Assembly: GCF_006345805.1 (NCBI RefSeq)
Contig: NC_043004.1
Coordinates: 66,774,001 to 66,838,000 of the forward strand
Length of the DNA: 64,000 nt
Direction: 5' to 3'
DNA from: Octopus sinensis
Taxonomy: Eukaryota
Shown in pieces: positions 25,510 to 37,876 of this stretch. How positions within the stretch are numbered: the first letter of the stretch is position 1; every line of letters begins with the position of its first letter. Under the pieces are notes generated by a model. The model searched no databases. It was not told the DNA's origin and saw only the letters and a program-made list of their open reading frames with translations. The position numbers and the translations under genes are program-made.

Positions 25510-26126
25510 TATATATATATACATATATATATATATTTATAGACATGCGTTTTTTGTGTGTATATATTTATGTATGTATTCGCATGACGTGCTAGTTTCG
25601 TAAAGATTCCGTATTTCAATATCCAAATTGCTTGAAAAAGGCATTAGGCAAATATATTGTATAGCAGAAAATATTTAAACGTTTCCTCATCTTTCATTCG
25701 AAACAGAAATTACACGTTTACAAAGAACTCGTCTCGCCTTTACATCAAATGCCTATGTTCATAATAACACCATTTGCAGCTTCAAGTTTATATTCACACT
25801 GGTGTATTAACTGTATTTATGCAAAATACGTAAACCAAAGCAACAAACGCATTACATGGTTCTCAAGAGCAAACCGATTTATTATGAGCATCAACTTCAA
25901 CAATGTCATATTCAATTTTAACATGCAACTTTAAAAAAATTTCTTCCTGCAACACGATTTATATTTGAATATGCTAATATTATGGTTTATTATATAACAG
26001 TTATTTATTAATGCTATAACCAATGGGATTTTATACATTTGATGTTTTACTATCTTATTTCTATTTATGTATATACATATATATATATATGTATATATAT
26101 GTATATATAATATATAATATATACAT

Positions 26127-26180
<54 letters not shown>

Positions 26181-26197
26181 TATATAATATATATATA

Positions 26198-26230
<33 letters not shown>

Positions 26231-27004
26231 TCATATACATATAACTGAATATTAAATTCAAAAGGTTATAAAAATAATTCAGATATAAATTATAATATCA
26301 TTTTGCGCTGCCACACATGCGAAATTGGTAAAAGCACTCAGACGGTGTATATACAATATGTAGCCATTTATGGACAAAAACAACACTTTATCACTCTTTA
26401 TCATCCACTTTATCTTACATTCACAGATATTATATATGTAATGGACTTCACGTGTTTTTCAAATAGAGGTTTCTATAGACCAATTTCTATGTAACAATAT
26501 TACATCAGAATTATTCTTTAAAATCATGTAACTCGAATAAGATTCATCATTTCTCTACGCTCTCCTTCCGACAAAGTGTGTTCCCCACGCTCTTTAACAT
26601 TTTTTTCTGTTTTCCTTTCAAACATCTTGCTGAAATTTCTAGGAAATAAAATGAAATGTAGGAAGACAATTTTCATATTATGAAAAACCCATTATCATCT
26701 TGATTGAAGTAAATGATATAATTTTCGTATTTCCGTATTCTGTTACATAGCGCAATTGTACTATACTAACGATTGTGTGATATTTGGAGAAGCACTGCAT
26801 GTAAACATATTCAGCATTTCGCCTCTCCAAAAGATCATTGAATTTTATAAACAAATCAATCAATAAGTGAGATGATACGTCTAAGCTGAAAATCATGCCT
26901 TATAATATTAATCGATTGACTAAATTAATTTATCCTTTCTAATAAATGGAATTTTTTATTGTAATAAGTTTAACACTATTTCGCCTGTGTGTCGACTAGA
27001 AAAC

Positions 27005-27195
27005 ATCTACAGAGTTGCTCTACTTGCTAAAGATATCAACCAGATCTCTCTCAAATCATACGACGGTCTTTGAAATAAGAGGAAAATCTAAGTTCATTCA
27101 TTGTTATCTGGTGAAATAGGTGATGGTGACAGAACCGTCTTTAGTCAATACTTTGTTCTATCAGAGTTGAAACAGGAATGAAGCAACAACGATAA
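27005..27195 (+). mobile_element. Old ~200-bp interspersed repeat (relatives at 46790-47040, 56085-56270, 56360-56460)
   Basis: Shared degenerate CT(A/G)CTAGAAATAGCAG...CTCAAATCA(C/T)AC motif. Confidence 0.4.
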
Positions 27196-27573
27196 CTTGA
27201 AGAAAACAAACATAAATCATCATCAAAATATTAAAATGACTGTGACATGGATAAATTTCGAAGTTTGCGGTGTATAGACACCATAGACTGAAGTTTAGTC
27301 TTTATGGAACTAAAGTGACCGAGAACGAATTCTTGCTCCGTAATAGACATTGAAGGTCGGAGCTTCTTCGATCCAACAACGACATTAGGCCTAAGCTTAT
27401 CTCGGGTTCTGTATCACTTCGGTCGCTGAACGTGCAAGACTACAACTTTACGTAACGCAAGTGCGTTACAAGTTAACCATCACATAGTTGTCGATAGCAG
27501 TCATTTTCCACATGAAGTACCTGAGCTGAATGTACATTGCTCAAGGACATAGAATACCAACCAATTCGGATAT

Positions 27574-27781
27574 CGCCATGTTGATTCGTTAGCTACTGCA
27601 CGCATTTTGTTTCTCTCCTTCTTTCTGTGTTTTTCTCTCTCTGTGATCTTTCTGTTGAAGAGCGTAGGCTCGAAACGTTAAAGACTTGTTTATTTATATT
27701 TCCTGAGCGCCATACTAATACAATTGTTCGTTGTTTTCCACCTGCCTTCGTCTTTTGTTTATTTTCATAAAGCTTCCCGTT
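27574..27781 (+). mobile_element. ~200-bp TA-tailed element with compact HHR variant (family also at 31808-32015 minus, 33263-33455 plus)
   Basis: Three alignable copies, each running into (TA)n at its 3' end. Confidence 0.8.
27647..27684 (+). ncRNA. Compact hammerhead variant
   Basis: TCTTT-CTGTTGA-A-GAGC-gtag-GCTC-GAAAC-GTT-AAAGA. Confidence 0.6.
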
Positions 27782-27782
27782 T

Positions 27783-27818
<36 letters not shown>

Positions 27819-27819
27819 A

Positions 27820-28330
27820 TTTTAATCCAAACGGGAACAAAAAAACACACAAACAATGGAACATTACAGTATTATTATTAATAGGCGCTCAGGAAATGGA
27901 AGCAGGGAGGTATGACGTTTCGAGCGGAGCTCTTCGTCAAAAACATAAAGAAGGAAGGGAGAGGAAAGAAAGATCCCAGAGCGGGTAACAGGGATAGAGA
28001 AAAAAACGACTGGTGTTTACGAGTTACACATGGTGAAAGGCGGATGTTTACGATAACAAGAGCAAAGTAGGTTTTTAAAGGCAAAAGAGTGGAGACAAGG
28101 TTGTAACGCAACAGATGTGTGTGTATGTGTGAGTGTGGCGTGTGCGTGTGTGTATGTGTGTGTGTGTGTGAGGCGAGATAAAAAAACAAAAAATATATGT
28201 ATGTGTTAGTGTGTGCGTCTGTGTGTAGGCGTGTGAGGTAGGGCGAGACAGTGGTCAGCATAGCAGACAAAGGTCAGTAGTAAGAAAAAGAAGGAAGGAG
28301 GTCAGTTGCGTTGTGTTCTGTTAGGAACGT
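27820..28330 (-). mobile_element. Related TA-tailed element with compact HHR at 27910-27944
   Basis: Minus GTTT-tTGACGA-A-GAGC-tcc-GCTC-GAAAC-GTC-ATAC; shares TTTCCTGAGCGCC with the neighbouring family. Confidence 0.65.
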
Positions 28331-28584
28331 ATTAGAGTACAAATAGAGCTCGTTCACCCTTAAAATTCCCAAATAGACGGTAGTATTCTTATGGTAAACT
28401 GCCAATTCTAGACTTAGGTTATCCTCGTGTGTGAAAATAAAAAGTAAAAAGTAAAACAGTCAAAAGGAAAAGTAAGAACGGTTAGCCAGCTTTTTCATAA
28501 TCTCTACAAATGTTTCGATACATACAGATCCACGTATATACAGGATTTAAAGTTAAATTTAAATGTAGCTTTAAATCCTGTATA

Positions 28585-28800
28585 TACTCCAACCAAAAAA
28601 TCTTAAAAGACTCCTCACAAGGGCAGAATTCAAATCAAAGAATGAATCAGAGTTCTTAGTAAAACAATGCAGAGATAGTAGATGTGGATCATGCAACGAC
28701 AGCAACAACATTACATACTGAGAAAGTGAGTGGATATCTTTTACAAAATAAATGCAGATATGAACTGCAAAAAGCAAAACATCATATAATGTATTACCAG
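28585..28800 (+). pseudogene. Second PLE endonuclease-linker fragment
   Basis: QPKNLKRLLTRAEF...VKQCRDSRCGSC...KINADMNCKKQNII*CIT, homologous to 11883-12242. Confidence 0.85.
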
Positions 28801-29143
28801 TTTAAATAGTCTGTTGAACTTGCTGGATAAATTCAGGTGCTCTGATGATTTAAGAGCATTTAGAAAGCTTCTGATGCTTTGATACTGGTGATACATTTCC
28901 AGCTTCAGTCTCTAACTCCTTACAAACTTTGTAGAAGAGAGATCAAGTAACTTTTAAAAATCGAGATATTACTAAATCGCTATGCGCAGCCTTTATAACC
29001 ACAACAGCGAGCTTCTTCATTTCTTGAGTAAGCTGAGTATGTGACATTATTATTTTCTGAAACAAAGATTATACAGAATTTGCAAAAAAAATGCTCCAAT
29101 GACCCCCAAAAGATATGTGCTAAAATACCTTACGCACCCTGTA

Positions 29144-29188
<45 letters not shown>

Positions 29189-29189
29189 T

Positions 29190-29600
29190 TACTCTCTTTT
29201 ACTCTTTTACTTGTTTCAGTCATTTGACTGCGGCCATAAGGGAGCACCGCCTTTAATCGAGCAACTCGACCCCGGGACTTATTCTTTTTGTAAGTCCAGT
29301 ACTTATTCTATCGGTCCCTTTTGCCGAACCGCTAAGTAACGGAGACATAAACACACTAGCATCGGTTGTCAAGCAATGCTAGGGGGACAAACACAGACAC
29401 ACAAACAAACACACACATATATATATATACATATATACGACAGGCTTCTTTCAGTTTCCGTCTACTTAATCCACTCACAAGGCATTGGTCGGCCCGGGGC
29501 TATAGCAGAAGACACTTGCCCAAGATGCCATGCAGTGGGACTGAACCTGGAACCATGTGGTTGGTTAGCAAGCTACTTACCACACAACCACTCCTGCGCC
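29190..29600 (-). mobile_element. SINE family A, full length
   Basis: Both halves joined by an internal (CA)/(TA) tract. Confidence 0.9.
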
Positions 29601-29752
29601 TATATATATATATATAAATATATATATATATTTCAGTAAAAACAATTAAGATTCAAATGAATTCCAATGAATTCACATGAATGCGGTACTTAATTTAGAT
29701 GCACCAGAAATCTATATGGTATTAATAATAAAATAATGTGGGGTGATTATAA

Positions 29753-29887
29753 ACAAGAAAAAAGTAACAAGAATGGATTAGTTGTTCAGTACAATTGTTT
29801 CATACGAAAAACAGATTTATTAATAAAACTGTTCTTCGTATGAAACAATTGTACTGAACAACTAATCTATTCTTGTTGCTTTTTTCT

Positions 29888-29890
<3 letters not shown>
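29753..29890. repeat. ~138-bp near-perfect hairpin containing half a hammerhead
   Basis: Arms carry TACAATTGTTTC / GAAACAATTGTA; no CTGANGA partner. Confidence 0.85.
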
Positions 29891-29922
<32 letters not shown>

Positions 29923-30420
29923 AGTAAACATCCTGACCAACTACAAAAGAAACCAGCAAAAGAGTTTTTCTTCTTCCCTCTCTCCTTTTTCTTCCGTTTC
30001 TTCTTTTTCTTTAACAGACTTTTCAGATACAAACACACACACACGCGCGCACACACACGTACACACACATAAACACATGTTCTCGATCACTTTTCCCCAT
30101 TAATCACCCTCTTGTACTATCTTATATCCCTCCCCACCACTACACACTCAATAACACTATAAAATAGTCAAAATTTTTCCACAAGAACTTAGTTTAATTT
30201 GAAACCCCCCACTACAATGGGCGAAAGCACTAATATATGATATATGATATATGTTATATGTTATATGATGTATAAAAACATGTAATATACAAATAACTAT
30301 CTGTAAATATAAAATCATCCGAATTTCAGAGTACCTCATTTCTTCTAATATAAAATACATAATCTCAAAACCTTCTAATATATATATATATGTGTGTGTG
30401 AGTGTGTGTGAGAGTGTGTA

Positions 30421-30458
<38 letters not shown>

Positions 30459-30774
30459 TGCTTGTGTATGTATGTGTGTGTGTGTGAGAAAAGCATAAAA
30501 TGAGAAGACAAAAGGAAAACAACCGTATTTTCGATCAAATTTCCTGCGTGTGCCCTTCGTTTGGGTAGTAACTACTTCCGAGGTTCTGCTAGCAAGGAAG
30601 GATATGTAGACTGGGTTTTATCTCCTCCATTCCCCGTATTTGGATTTTTATTCTCTTTCAGAGCAACCCCTGTTGCTAACCGCGAAGAATAAATTGCCGA
30701 TTTTCAGTATATCGAACTTCGATATATGAAGAAATTTATGGTTTATGTCAACAGAGCACTATTGACTCTGAAAG

Positions 30775-31030
30775 TGTATGTGTTTGTTTATGTATGTGAG
30801 TGTGTAAGTGTGTGTGTGCGTGGCTTTGTATGTGTGTGTGCTTGTGTGCATGTGTGTGGTTTTGTATGTGTGTGCGTGTGCATGTTTGTGTGTATATGTG
30901 CATGTGTGGTTTTGTATGTGTGTATGTGTGTGTCTATGTATGTGTGTATGTGTGTGTGTAGATCTCTGTGTGTGTGCATGTGTGTGTCTGTGTTTATATG
31001 TGTATGTATGTGTGGGTGTATGTGTGTGTA
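30775..31030. repeat. Degenerate (TG)n tract
   Basis: Read directly. Confidence 0.9.
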
Positions 31031-31289
31031 TAAACATTTTAATATATAAGGTTCTTATCTTTTACTTTTTTCAGTTATAAGATTACGTTGATGATGAGAC
31101 ACTTCCTTAAAGAGTTTCTGTTGAACAAATCGAGCTCAATACCTATCTTTACAAAACCTGGTACTTATTCGTTTGTATTGCCGAAGCATTAAATTAGGGA
31201 GACAACCACATACCAACACCGGTCGTCAAACGGTGGTTGGTGGAGGGGACAAACACAGGAAACAAGACTCACGCAAACTTTAAGGACGT

Positions 31290-31560
31290 ATCAGCGATGA
31301 ACAAGACTTGCATTTAGTTCTCATCAATCTACTGTGAAACCTCCTAGGGGGTCAAGTAAATTACTGTACCAGTTTGTTCCCTGGCGCTCTGAACTTTGGA
31401 ATTCCATTCCACAGTCTTGTTTTCCTCTTCGATATGAGCTCCAATCTTTTAAGTCTAATTTACATCGTCACCTACTGACATCTGTTTTATTCTAGCAGCT
31501 CTTATGTTTTCAGTGGTCTGAGGATCTTGTAACGAGCGAATGCTTTAAGATGAAAAAAAA
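31290..31560 (+). mobile_element. Jockey/CR1-group LINE 3' end
   Basis: SELWNSIPQSCFPLRYELQSFKSNLHRHLL followed by a short UTR and A tract. Confidence 0.65.
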
Positions 31561-31619
31561 AAACGCACACACGCGCACGCACAAATACACGCATACACAC
31601 ACAGACACATACAAAATGT

Positions 31620-31770
31620 TTGGCTCTCAATCACATGTTCCCGAGTTTCAGTTCCCCTGTATGGTGTCATGAGCAAGTGTCTTTCACTATAGCCCCGGCC
31701 CAACGAAATCTTTGTCATTGTCCCCGGATTTAGTAGAAATTAACTAGAGAAACAGTATCTATATATACTG

Positions 31771-31813
<43 letters not shown>

Positions 31814-32290
31814 GGAGAGTTTACGAAAAGAACAAAAGACGAAGACAAGTGGTGTACAAAACAGACAGATGTATTAGTATAACGCTAAGGAATAGGAAAA
31901 AGTCTTTTACGATTCGAGCCTACGCTCTTCTACAGAAAGGGACACAGAAAAAACAAGGAGAGAAACAAAGAGAGAAATAATGTGTGTAATGGCTAACGAT
32001 CTATCATGGCGACTGATATATATATATATGAACATATTTATTTATCCATGAACGCGTGTGCCTTGGTGAAAGTGCTTGTACACCACCGCCACTTGACAGC
32101 CTGCATTGGTAAATTCGCAACCCCATAAATTAGCTGGTCGGCAGGTGACGGTAGAATAGATACCATACTTCAGAATAAACAAAGATAATAAAACAAAAAC
32201 TGGAGTAGATTTATTCGATTAAGCCCTTGTAGGCGGTGTCCCAGTATATCCGAAGTTCAATGACTTAAACAAGCAGATAATAAGAAGTAA
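31620..32290 (+). mobile_element. Old SINE family A split by an HHR element (31808-32015) inserted in its internal TA tract
   Basis: Degenerate 5' half 31620-31750 and 3' half 32085-32290. Confidence 0.6.
31902..31943 (-). ncRNA. Compact hammerhead variant (mutated)
   Basis: GTCcCTTT-CTGTAGA-A-GAGC-gtag-GCTC-GAATC-GTA-AAAGAC. Confidence 0.5.
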
Positions 32291-32633
32291 AAGTTAGTTA
32301 TACGACAACAGGAGTTTTCAACTAAATCCTCTCACAAGCCCACACAAATTTTTGATCGGCCCGAATCTACAGAAAAAGACAATTGCCCAAGATATTATGC
32401 AGCGGAAGTGAACCCTAAGAAGTAGACATCTTGCTACAAAGCAACGCCAGTGCCTATAATGCTATATGAAAGGAATCCATCAGTTTCTGCCAGCCAGATT
32501 CACTAACAAAGGTTTGGTCTCCCTAGATATTTGCTTGTGAAGCATAAATCACGACTACTTGCAAAACCGCATATTTGTTAAGCGAATTTCCGAAACATGC
32601 AGCCGCATACATGCATACATACATACATACATA

Positions 32634-33120
32634 AACTAGAGTCTATAACATTTATTTGAAAATATAAGTGAGAAACATTCCCTCTATAGTTAAGTAAGTA
32701 GATCAGAAATTACTCATTCGTAGAGGGAACGACTCTAAAACCTCTCTCACTTATCCTTTCAAATAACCGTTATAGCCTTTAGTTAATACCTAATTCGACT
32801 CAGACATATCTTCCTTTCTCTTAAGGATAAATATGAATCTCCTACATCCTATTCAGCTATTTCCTTTCTCAAGTCCTTTGTAAAAATTTTGTTTATAGTT
32901 CTTGCACTGAAGATTTCAGTGATATATAATTCATTTAATTTACTCTAATTAATTTAATTAATTCTATTTAACCATGAATTTGCATGATTTTTATATATAT
33001 CACTGTACGAAACGATCGTCTGCATGAATTAAAACTCTCTTATATATTTTAACACCTCTCTTCTCTATATCAAAATTGTTGAGATTTGTGGGATTCTTTC
33101 CATAAATTCACAACACACCT
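32634..33120 (+). mobile_element. Element with 5' fold-back (32634-32784) and a hammerhead
   Basis: Imperfect inverted arms followed by an HHR; microsatellites on both flanks. Confidence 0.6.
32897..33030 (+). ncRNA. Type I hammerhead ribozyme with long stem II
   Basis: TTCtTGCA-CTGAAGA-tttCAGTGATATATA...TATATATCACTGtac-GAAAC-GATC-GTC-TGCAtGAA; predicted cut after 33020. Confidence 0.85.
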
Positions 33121-33157
33121 AAATATATATATGTGTGTGTGTGTGTGTATGTGTGTA

Positions 33158-33241
<84 letters not shown>

Positions 33242-33326
33242 TATATATGTGTATATATATATGCATGATAGATTGGTAGCCACTACACACATTTTTCTCT
33301 CCTTGTTTCTCTCCTTATTTTTCTGT

Positions 33327-33368
33327 GTCCTTTTCTGTAGAAGTGCGTAGGCTTGAAACCTAAAAGAC
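33327..33368 (+). ncRNA. Compact hammerhead variant (decayed)
   Basis: CTTTT-CTGTAGA-A-GTGC-gtag-GCTT-GAAAC-CTA-AAAG. Confidence 0.4.
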
Positions 33369-33614
33369 TTTTTCTATTTCTGAGCGTTTTACGAATACAT
33401 CTGTTTGTTTTGTGCACCACCTTTCTTCGTCTATTGTTGTTTTCGTGAACTCTCTATATATATATACAGGGAGCATTAGATTCCTTGGAAAAAAGCAACG
33501 AATGTATACGAAACAAGGACGGAAAAACAGACGATGTTACACGAATATATATACACATAAAGCGGCGTACGTACACTTTGTTATGTTATATATATTATAT
33601 ATATATATATGTGT

Positions 33615-34339
33615 GTCGAAGTCACAAATGAGTGTATTTGGCATATTTTGATTTTATGAGTTCAATAAAGGCAACGAAGCAATGGAAAGTGCGATGAATA
33701 TTAATGCAGTATATGGGAATCGGACAATAAGCGTAAACCAGTGTCAACGGTGGTTCCAGAAATTCCGAGCCAGAAACTACAGCCTAGAAGACATGTATCG
33801 TCTTCGAAGATATGTAGAGCACGATGAGAACGTCCTGCGAACCCTGGTGGAAGAAAATCCCATTGTAACTGTTCAGGAACCAGCAGAGGAGCTTCGAACT
33901 TTCATTCAACCAGTCATTCAATTCAGCACTTAAAGAAAAACGACCTCTTTGGTTTCAAGACGAATGATATTCATTCATCAGGATAATGCTCGCCCACACA
34001 CAGCGAGGATGACATTCCAAAGGCTGCAGCAATTTGGATGAGAAATGATGTCCCACCCGCCATATTCGCTGAACATTGCCCCATATGATTATAATTTATT
34101 CCGCAGTCTTCAAAACCATTTAGACAGAAAAAAATATGAATTCTGTACACGAAGTCAGAAGAGTGATTGGAGGAGTATTTTTGTCAGGGACAAGAGAATT
34201 TTGGAAGAGGGGCTTTGCAAGCCTACCAAATAGATGGAAGAGCATTGTAGAAAACGAAAGAGAGTATGTCTTAGATTAAGAAAGAAGTAAAAAATTAAAA
34301 GATTTCTAAAAAAACGCATTATTATGGGATGACTCAATA
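33615..34339 (+). mobile_element. Internally deleted mariner (Mos1-like) element
   Basis: YEFNKG, CQRWFQKFRARNYSLED, HQDNARPHTA, HPPYSLNIAPYDYNLFRSLQNHL; TIR-like end GCATTATTATGGGATGACTCAA-TA. Confidence 0.9.
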
Positions 34340-34829
34340 TATATGTGCTTTGTATGCATGTATATATGTATGTGTGTGTAACATTGTATGTATGTATGGT
34401 TCTATGTATGTATGCATGTTTCTATCTGTAATTCATTCATCTCGCTGATCTCACAGTTTAGTGTAGGGCTGCATTTGGACAATATTTATATTTACAATAT
34501 ATATACGTTTAGTTAGTTACGTTCCATTTCTATTACCTACCCTTATACCAATGATTACCATCCTGGCCGTGCAAATAAAATACATTCAAATCATGTACCA
34601 ATGTCGGTTTCATCGGTCGAAAACATCTTACCACAGAGAAAGACGGGTGACCTTGAATATATTTTAAAATCCATATATTTTTTTATCTTCCGCCCACACG
34701 AAAAGACATGCAATCACACACACACACACACACACACACATAGCCCATATATTTATAATAAAGCATACATATTTATATGCAGACAACTATATATATTTAG
34801 ATAAATATATATATATATATATACATGCT

Positions 34830-34879
<50 letters not shown>

Positions 34880-35564
34880 TATATATATACACACACACAC
34901 ATATATATATATATGTGTGTGTGTGTGTCTCTATGTGTATACATATTACATGAGTTTCTAAATGCGCATACGCATATATACCTACATATATTTTCGAGGA
35001 AACAATGCAAGCGATTGCGCTTTTCAGCGCGGTATATTATGCATAATCAATAATGAGTACGAGAAACATGTTTCCCAACAATATCATGAGTCAGAGAGGA
35101 AAGATTATGAACGCGATACATGTTTGCTTTAATAATTTACAATGATTTAAAATGTTCCTAACCTCCGTTTATATACAATGATTGGGGCTTTAGTTGGTTA
35201 ATTAATTCCACCAAAAGTTGCTGAATTTGCATACAACAATGTTTGACACTGTTGTAACCAATGAAATCAAGGCTTTCGCTATGAATAAAATGCAAAAGCG
35301 TAAATGGAGGAAGAAACAAATAAACGAAAGGAGAAAATTAATAAAGAAAAAACAAACAAAAAAACAGAAATATATAAATATGTTAATGAACATGAAAAGA
35401 TTTATTATATAGCTGCATGTATACACAAGCACATACATTCACACAGGTCGAGCAGAAATATTTGCATGCTTCACATACACAAAACACTAAGCCGCAAAAG
35501 CACACGTACATATATACATTTACATTAATATATATATATATATGGGTGTGGGTGTGGGTTTATA

Positions 35565-35694
35565 CAGGTGGAGGGGTGGCTGTATGGTAAGAAGTTTGCT
35601 TGCCAACCGCATGGTTCCGTGTTCAGTCTTCCATATACTTGGGTCACCCAAGCTTTGTGGGTGGATTTGCAAGACGAAAACTTAAAGAACTCCG

Positions 35695-35760
<66 letters not shown>

Positions 35761-35990
35761 GTGTGTATGTGTGTGTGTGTGTGTGTGTGTGCGTGCGTGT
35801 GTGTGTTTATCCCCGCACCATCACTTGGCAACCGATCATGGTGTATTTACATCCCTGTAACTTAGCGGTTCGGCAAAAACTTACCTATAGAACAAGTACT
35901 AGACTTACTAAAAATAAATCCTGGAGTCCATTTGTTCGACTTAAGGTTGTGTACCAGCATGGCCGCAGTTAATTGACTGTAACAAGTATA
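35565..35990 (+). mobile_element. SINE family A, full length, diverged
   Basis: Head, internal TA/TG tract, tail CCAGCATGGCCGCAG. Confidence 0.8.
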
Positions 35991-37068
35991 AACATTATAC
36001 ATATATAAAATAATATATCAAATATATATACATATATATATAACATATATTTAGCTACGTTAATATATGTATGTATATAGGTTTATATGTGTATATATAT
36101 ATAAAGTTATATTATTTATATATATACACATGCGTACACACAGAAATGTACACGCGCTCACGCGCACGCACGCTCATGCCATCCTATATACCCGCACGGT
36201 ATATATTTTTCATTATGAGAATGTACGCGTTTTTCCATGTGCGTTTGGGTTGGAAAGGGTATGTCTACATAATTGCATATGAATATTTTGTGTATTTGCC
36301 TGTTCAGAATGTGCTGACTCATAAAGAATTATGTAGAATTGAATTATGTAAACTTGTAACACGACGAAAATTATGTAATTAGAAGCATTACGAAAATGTT
36401 GGCTCAGACACTGAATAAATATGAATGATTATGGAGCTATATTTTGTCTGTTCTTGACATAATACATATTCAAGGCCACTCAAAAATTGTTTCGCATCAG
36501 TTATATCTTCAATGGAAATTATCAGAGTAAATAGGGATGTGTTCATGAACGTTCATTTGTTTTTTTGTTTTTTTGTATTTTTTTATGTTTTGGTTTGTTT
36601 TAATTTATATTAATTTGTATATTGAGAGAAGGGGTTTGTGTTATAGCTGTGATCCTTTTGAAATGCAGCAGTTAAAGGCTGCGGAAAAAAAAACAAAAGA
36701 GAGGAGCAGAGGAGGTAAAAAGAAATGCACCGACTTTATGCAAAAGTATTATTTGATGTGGATCAGGATGAAGATAATAATATTGTTGAAACAAGAGGAG
36801 AGGGGTGGGTTTAAAGTGCTTGACTAGGTTTGGCACGATACCAGGCTGCTTCGAAGAACGCGAATAGATTGCATCACTCCACCCAGATCGTCGTTTATGT
36901 AAAAGTCCGATTTGGAACTTTTTTTTCTCTTTGTGAACCGTTATAGTTTCTATCAAATTCTTCTACAATACATTTAGTAATTTTGTAGTGCTTTCATCAC
37001 CTTGTTTTCCGTCTATACCTTCCTATAGATATGACTTTATGATAATGATCGTGGTGATAATAATTATG

Positions 37069-37121
<53 letters not shown>

Positions 37122-37160
37122 TATATATAATATATATTATATATATATGTATATATATAT

Positions 37161-37528
37161 AAGTTTAACAATTAAGGATAACCTCTTAATAAGGGATCTT
37201 AACAAGAAATTATCGGGTAGTTAGCGTGAAAACCTCATAAAAGAAAACTGATTTATAAACATTCCATGTGCTTGGCCGGAGTGAGCAGTTGTCTGTTCGT
37301 CTTCGCTACGTAAGGTTGGTAGTTTATTTATGATGTGTTCAGAATCAGTTCTGCTGAGGATCATAAGACGTAAGTTGAATGTGAAATCACGGTGATACAG
37401 AACTAATTCATGTTTTAAATGTCTTGCTTTGAAAAACTGCATTTAGGTATGATTAGTATAATTTTGGTAGTAATGACTTTGTCCCTCTTAGTGTGAGGCA
37501 TTTATGTGTAATAATGCCCTCTATACAA
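37161..37528 (+). mobile_element. (TA)n-embedded HHR element
   Basis: ~370-bp complex block between two TA tracts, containing a hammerhead. Confidence 0.7.
37347..37404 (+). ncRNA. Type I hammerhead ribozyme
   Basis: AGTTCTG-CTGAGGA-tCAT...ATGt-GAA-ATCAC-G-GTGAT-A-CAGAACT; perfect 7-bp stem I, 5-bp stem III, predicted cut after AUA (37397). Confidence 0.9.
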
Positions 37529-37545
37529 TATATGTATATATATAT

Positions 37546-37590
<45 letters not shown>

Positions 37591-37634
37591 TATGTATATT
37601 GTGTGTGTATGTGTATATGTGTATGTGTGCGTGC

Positions 37635-37790
37635 ATATTGGCTGTGTTGTAAGTAGCTTGTTTATTAACCGCATGGTTCCTAGTTCGGTCCCATTGCGTG
37701 GCACCTTGGGTAAGTGTCCTCTATAGCTTCGGGCCGACGAATGACTTGTGAGTGGATTTGGTAGACGGAAACTGAAAGAAACCCGTCGTG
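37635..37790 (+). mobile_element. SINE family A, 5' half
   Basis: Aligns to 2155-2320. Confidence 0.8.
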
Positions 37791-37841
37791 TGTATATATA
37801 TATATATATATTATATATATACACACATACATATATATATA

Positions 37842-37876
<35 letters not shown>

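Noticed and set aside
28835-28880. CTGATGA...GAAAGCTTC as a hammerhead
   Set aside because: Neither stem I nor stem II pairs
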